From: Balanoglossus misakiensis
Taxonomy: Eukaryota > Animalia > Hemichordata
Length of the DNA stretch: 64,000 nucleotides
Direction: 5' to 3'
Assembly (NCBI GenBank): GCA_040954595.2
Contig: CM082587.2
Location: 124,001 to 188,000, forward strand
Shown: positions 61,801 through 64,000 of the stretch, in pieces
Numbering within the stretch: the stretch's first letter is position 1
Layout: each line of letters begins with the position of its first letter
Made by a program: the position numbers and the translations under genes
Notes under the pieces: generated by a model
Seen by the model: the letters and a program-made list of their open reading frames with translations, nothing else
Database searches by the model: none
Told to the model about the DNA's origin: nothing

Positions 61801-64000
61801 TCAGTGGGACCGTCTGGCGATAAAGGATCATTGGTGAGATTTTACTTTACCCCTTTACTGATAACTTTATCTTTATTACAGACGATTTAAAGGTATTTGA
61901 TGTCAGTTTGGAACATTTGGTATCATTCAAGGTTTACATGTTTTCACACACAGTGTAGCCATAGCGAATCTTATGTCCATATTAGGACATCTGACATAAT
62001 CGTCGCGAATACATTTTGAAAGATTGTCACAGAGGCGAATCTGTGACTGAAATATTGAAATGGGTGCCTCATAGCATACAAAAGAACGTGCCTCTATATA
62101 TTGTTGAAAGTATAACATAATAAACACATCACAGAAATCAGTTAAAGGAGATGAAACGTTCACATAATTTATGATTACATCTGTAGGGAGAAGATGGTCC
62201 AATTGGTCCCACGGGCAGAGACGGAGCTCCTGGACAGAGGGTAAGTTCTGTTCTCATATCGAGTAAATAAGCCATACTGTTTTTTTCTATACCGGTGCTT
62301 AAGTATCACAATTATTTAATTGAAACACACGAGAAACCGATTACAGTCAATTTGGTGACAATTTGAGAGTTTTTCCCTTAGATGTTCATCAATTGTGTCA
62401 TCTAAGTAGCTTGTAATTGAAATTCATTGACAGGGTCTTCCCGGCCCAGTTGGTCCTCAAGGTCCACCAGGAGAAGATGGCGATGTTGGTGAGGGTGGCC
62501 CCCCGGGAATGAAGGGTGTAAAAGGTGCACGTGGTTTAACGGTATGTAGGCAACACATTTTTATTGTTTTACCATATATTTGCAACATTACAGTGGTGGA
62601 AGCCAGAAGCTCCGAAATTATAAGTCAAGAACACTTGCTTAGAGTAAATAATTTCGAAAAAAGGTTGATTTCACACTCTCATCGTCTTATTTATAGGGTC
62701 CACCTGGTAACGTTGGTGAAAGAGGTAACATTGGTATTCCAGGACCACCGGTAAGTTACATGGCCAGAAGTGCAAGCTTACATTTTTTATGGTAAATTTA
62801 AACTGAATTACAAGTCCTCGATAACAAGGAAGATATAACGCCAGAATATTAACTCCCCTTCCCTCCTCCCGTCCGCGATTTTCTTCAATATTTAGGGAGC
62901 AGCAGGTGACACTGGCAGACCTGGAATCATGGGACAGCAAGGTCAAAAGGGTAACGATGGACAACGTGGAGCCAGAGGTGATACTGGTCCTATTGGTTTA
63001 CAGGTGAGACTGTTTTGATAGAGTGAATTGGTTGCAGTAATGGTGTAGCTTGCTGGTGCGCACGCATGCAGGTGACGTAGTGGGGTAAATTCTAAATTGG
63101 TATGCCTCCGCGAATAGCAATTAAAATTATGATGATATTTAATGAAATTACTGAAATCAATACTGACCATATGTGATATCAACAGCCGCTATCTGATCTC
63201 ACAGAATCTACTGACAAGAGCACAGTTTGTATCACTAATTGAGCTTGAATAGTCGTAAACTGTTTTTAAACAGTGTCAACGTTTGAAATTCTGTAACCAA
63301 TGTAGATTTCTCTAACACGGTAGCAAGGGCATGAAATGACATTCGTTGGCCTTAAATGTTCGAGAATAGTATAACAAATTTACTCGTGAAATGTAAGTGT
63401 GTTGAAGCATTTAAGACCGTGTGTTCTTTTGTCAGGGAATGCCGGGAGCTATTGGTCAGAAGGGTGAGCAGGGAGACCAAGGCGCAAGGGTAAGTCTTGC
63501 AGTCCTGATTGGTTGGTCGTGCTTGGATTAAATGCCCGGATGACACCGTGAAGCAATGGCCTTACTCCCCCTGGCGGTCAGTGTACGCCAGGATGACGCA
63601 ACAGAATCCACCATTAAATTACTACGTACAAAAGTTATCATTTCGAATGTCACTTTTGTCTTGTTTTTCGTTTCGTCTGCGGTGTTTCGACTAATCGGAA
63701 AAATAATCCGGATCCGAATTTTGTTGCTACTTTATAGGGTCTTCAAGGTCCCCCGGGTCAGCCTGGCGCTACTGGTAAAACTGGCGTCTCAGTAAGTATG
63801 ACGTTGTTTACAGTTACATTATTAAAATATTCAACAAACAAATAAATATGTCAAATCAAACTCCGTAAAATACAAGTTGATTTACACATTTTGTAAAATA
63901 TGTTCAAGAAATATTGTTTCCTTAAACAGAACACTTTTTGTTTCGTTTCTCACAGGGAAATCGAGGCCCGGTTGGTCCACCAGGACCGATAGGAGACAGG
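23348..64000 (+). CDS. COL5A1/COL11A1-like: Clade B fibrillar collagen alpha chain (COL5A1/COL11A1/COL11A2/COL5A3 co-ortholog), 42 coding exons in window, 3' end outside
   Basis: TSPN motifs (GFC, FPEDFSI, WHRIAL, AYDYC..Y.PDC), [12 protein letters not shown], minor-helix exons of 42/63/75 bp, KGP telopeptide, then phase-0 Gly-starting exons of 45/54/99/108/144 bp giving 241 Gly-X-Y triplets with clade B landmarks ([42 protein letters not shown]). Confidence 0.95.
31861..31935. repeat. (TATG)n microsatellite
   Basis: tgtatgtatgtatg... with degenerate tail. Confidence 0.9.
37025..37210 (+). CDS. Collagen exon 2 (TSPN)
   Basis: AQDVLE...[11 protein letters not shown]...[12 protein letters not shown], similar to alpha1(XI) DVLK...TGFC...AQLSAPTKQLF. 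Confidence 0.92.
39141..39336 (+). CDS. Collagen exon 3 (TSPN)
   Basis: [14 protein letters not shown]...[17 protein letters not shown]...DVADNE. Confidence 0.93.
40393..40417 (+). repeat. G-rich run (G-quadruplex-capable)
   Basis: Three G-tracts separated by single T, the last 13 G long. Confidence 0.6.
44491..44797. mobile_element. Palindromic MITE-like element (144-bp hairpin plus 13-bp inverted-repeat unit)
   Basis: catgatgactgaca/tgtcagtcatcatg and gggcaacagtgt/acactgttgccc arms (44491-44634); ttgtaacacacca (44639) / tggtgtgttacaa (44785-44797). Confidence 0.7.
44795..44953. mobile_element. Degenerate pogo/Tc1-like MITE
   Basis: Imperfect termini caatcaagcctgt / acagacttggctg with internal repeated tatagtggccac. 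Confidence 0.45.
46541..47462 (-). mobile_element. Internally deleted LTR retrotransposon (full 5' LTR 47462-46792, PBS-like site, short internal piece, terminal ~105 bp of 3' LTR)
   Basis: Minus strand starts TGTAGCG and ends TTTACA, has an internal TATATATA (47248-47255), is followed by TGGTGGCA; 46544-46645 duplicates 46796-46897; flanks atac/ttac resemble a 4-bp TSD with one mismatch. Confidence 0.7.
47727..47889 (+). CDS. Collagen exon 4 (TSPN)
   Basis: [10 protein letters not shown]...ADC...LDR...DTAGIIVVG...FE. Confidence 0.94.
49587..49733 (+). CDS. Collagen exon 5 (TSPN end)
   Basis: GAIQQLIF...[13 protein letters not shown]... Confidence 0.93.
50253..50300 (+). CDS. Collagen exon 6 (short acidic variable region)
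   Basis: [16 protein letters not shown]; 48 bp, phase 0, tacag/gtaata sites. Confidence 0.75.
50688..50738 (+). CDS. Collagen exon 7
   Basis: [17 protein letters not shown]. Confidence 0.92.
52078..52119 (+). CDS. Collagen exon 8 (minor helix, 42 bp)
   Basis: [14 protein letters not shown]. Confidence 0.9.
52624..52686 (+). CDS. Collagen exon 9 (63 bp)
   Basis: [21 protein letters not shown]. Confidence 0.92.
52868..52942 (+). CDS. Collagen exon 10 (75 bp)
   Basis: [25 protein letters not shown]. Confidence 0.92.
53208..53294 (+). CDS. Collagen exon 11 (N-telopeptide/linker)
   Basis: [29 protein letters not shown]; KGP cross-link Lys. Confidence 0.88.
53583..53639 (+). CDS. Collagen exon 12, start of major triple helix
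   Basis: [19 protein letters not shown]. Confidence 0.92.
53943..54050 (+). CDS. Collagen exon 13 (108 bp)
   Basis: 12 Gly-X-Y, GYP...GKAGKR. Confidence 0.93.
54492..54545 (+). CDS. Collagen exon 14 (54 bp)
   Basis: [18 protein letters not shown]. Confidence 0.92.
54685..54738 (+). CDS. Collagen exon 15 (54 bp)
   Basis: [18 protein letters not shown]. Confidence 0.93.
54992..55045 (+). CDS. Collagen exon 16 (54 bp)
   Basis: [18 protein letters not shown]. Confidence 0.92.
55301..55399 (+). CDS. Collagen exon 17 (99 bp)
   Basis: GDDGPM...GLQGMP. Confidence 0.92.
55831..55929 (+). CDS. Collagen exon 18 (99 bp)
   Basis: GIPGGE...GFPGPV. Confidence 0.92.
56209..56307 (+). CDS. Collagen exon 19 (99 bp)
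   Basis: GSHGPQ...GMPGIDGPP. Confidence 0.92.
56447..56491 (+). CDS. Collagen exon 20 (45 bp)
   Basis: [15 protein letters not shown]. Confidence 0.92.
56791..56889 (+). CDS. Collagen exon 21 (99 bp)
   Basis: [18 protein letters not shown]...GQK. Confidence 0.92.
57220..57273 (+). CDS. Collagen exon 22 (54 bp)
   Basis: [18 protein letters not shown]. Confidence 0.92.
57628..57681 (+). CDS. Collagen exon 23 (54 bp)
   Basis: [18 protein letters not shown]. Confidence 0.92.
57838..57891 (+). CDS. Collagen exon 24 (54 bp)
   Basis: [18 protein letters not shown]. Confidence 0.92.
58124..58177 (+). CDS. Collagen exon 25 (54 bp)
   Basis: [18 protein letters not shown]. Confidence 0.92.
58629..58682 (+). 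CDS. Collagen exon 26 (54 bp)
   Basis: [18 protein letters not shown]. Confidence 0.92.
58825..58923 (+). CDS. Collagen exon 27 (99 bp)
   Basis: GKEGIL...[15 protein letters not shown]. Confidence 0.92.
59288..59332 (+). CDS. Collagen exon 28 (45 bp)
   Basis: [15 protein letters not shown]. Confidence 0.9.
59561..59614 (+). CDS. Collagen exon 29 (54 bp)
   Basis: [18 protein letters not shown]. Confidence 0.92.
59849..59902 (+). CDS. Collagen exon 30 (54 bp)
   Basis: [18 protein letters not shown]. Confidence 0.92.
60149..60202 (+). CDS. Collagen exon 31 (54 bp)
   Basis: [18 protein letters not shown]. Confidence 0.92.
60509..60616 (+). CDS. Collagen exon 32 (108 bp, GC donor)
   Basis: [12 protein letters not shown]...GKEGIQ, ends CAG|gcaagt. 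Confidence 0.9.
60948..61091 (+). CDS. Collagen exon 33 (144 bp, contains GFPGER)
   Basis: 16 Gly-X-Y triplets including GFPGERGLP. Confidence 0.92.
61365..61418 (+). CDS. Collagen exon 34 (54 bp)
   Basis: [18 protein letters not shown]. Confidence 0.92.
61780..61833 (+). CDS. Collagen exon 35 (54 bp)
   Basis: [18 protein letters not shown]. Confidence 0.92.
62187..62240 (+). CDS. Collagen exon 36 (54 bp)
   Basis: [18 protein letters not shown]. Confidence 0.92.
62434..62541 (+). CDS. Collagen exon 37 (108 bp)
   Basis: GLPGPV...GEDGDV...GARGLT. Confidence 0.92.
62697..62750 (+). CDS. Collagen exon 38 (54 bp)
   Basis: [18 protein letters not shown]. Confidence 0.92.
62896..63003 (+). CDS. 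Collagen exon 39 (108 bp)
   Basis: GAAGDT...GQKGND...GPIGLQ. Confidence 0.92.
63436..63489 (+). CDS. Collagen exon 40 (54 bp)
   Basis: [18 protein letters not shown]. Confidence 0.92.
63738..63791 (+). CDS. Collagen exon 41 (54 bp)
   Basis: [18 protein letters not shown]. Confidence 0.92.
63956..64000 (+). CDS. Collagen exon 42, runs off window
   Basis: [15 protein letters not shown]. Confidence 0.9.

Noticed and set aside
52644-63546. Minus-strand Pro/Gly-rich ORFs
   Set aside because: Antisense shadows of collagen exons.

Overview
AT-rich, intron-rich animal genomic DNA, most likely an invertebrate deuterostome (inferred from the proteins only). Two large genes lie head-to-head, both truncated by the window ends. 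(1) Minus strand, 17511 to <1: a complement C3-type thioester protein, 29 coding exons (about 1346 aa in the window). It has a signal peptide, MG domains, a KRRRR beta/alpha site, an anaphylatoxin domain, the GCGEQ thioester and the catalytic His (VHHKEM). (2) Plus strand, 23348 to >64000: a clade B fibrillar collagen (COL5A1/COL11A1 type), 42 coding exons (about 1121 aa). It has a signal peptide, TSPN domain, minor helix and 241 uninterrupted Gly-X-Y triplets. I assembled the exons by hand from splice sites, and the reading phase is consistent across every junction. The most interesting observation is the direct divergent adjacency of C3 and clade B collagen, two families co-located on the vertebrate MHC paralogons. 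Also present: candidate immune cis-elements, a deleted LTR retroelement, several MITE-like hairpins, a GC-AG intron and a sharp CpG contrast between the two genes. Most ORFs in the supplied track are spurious or exon fragments.
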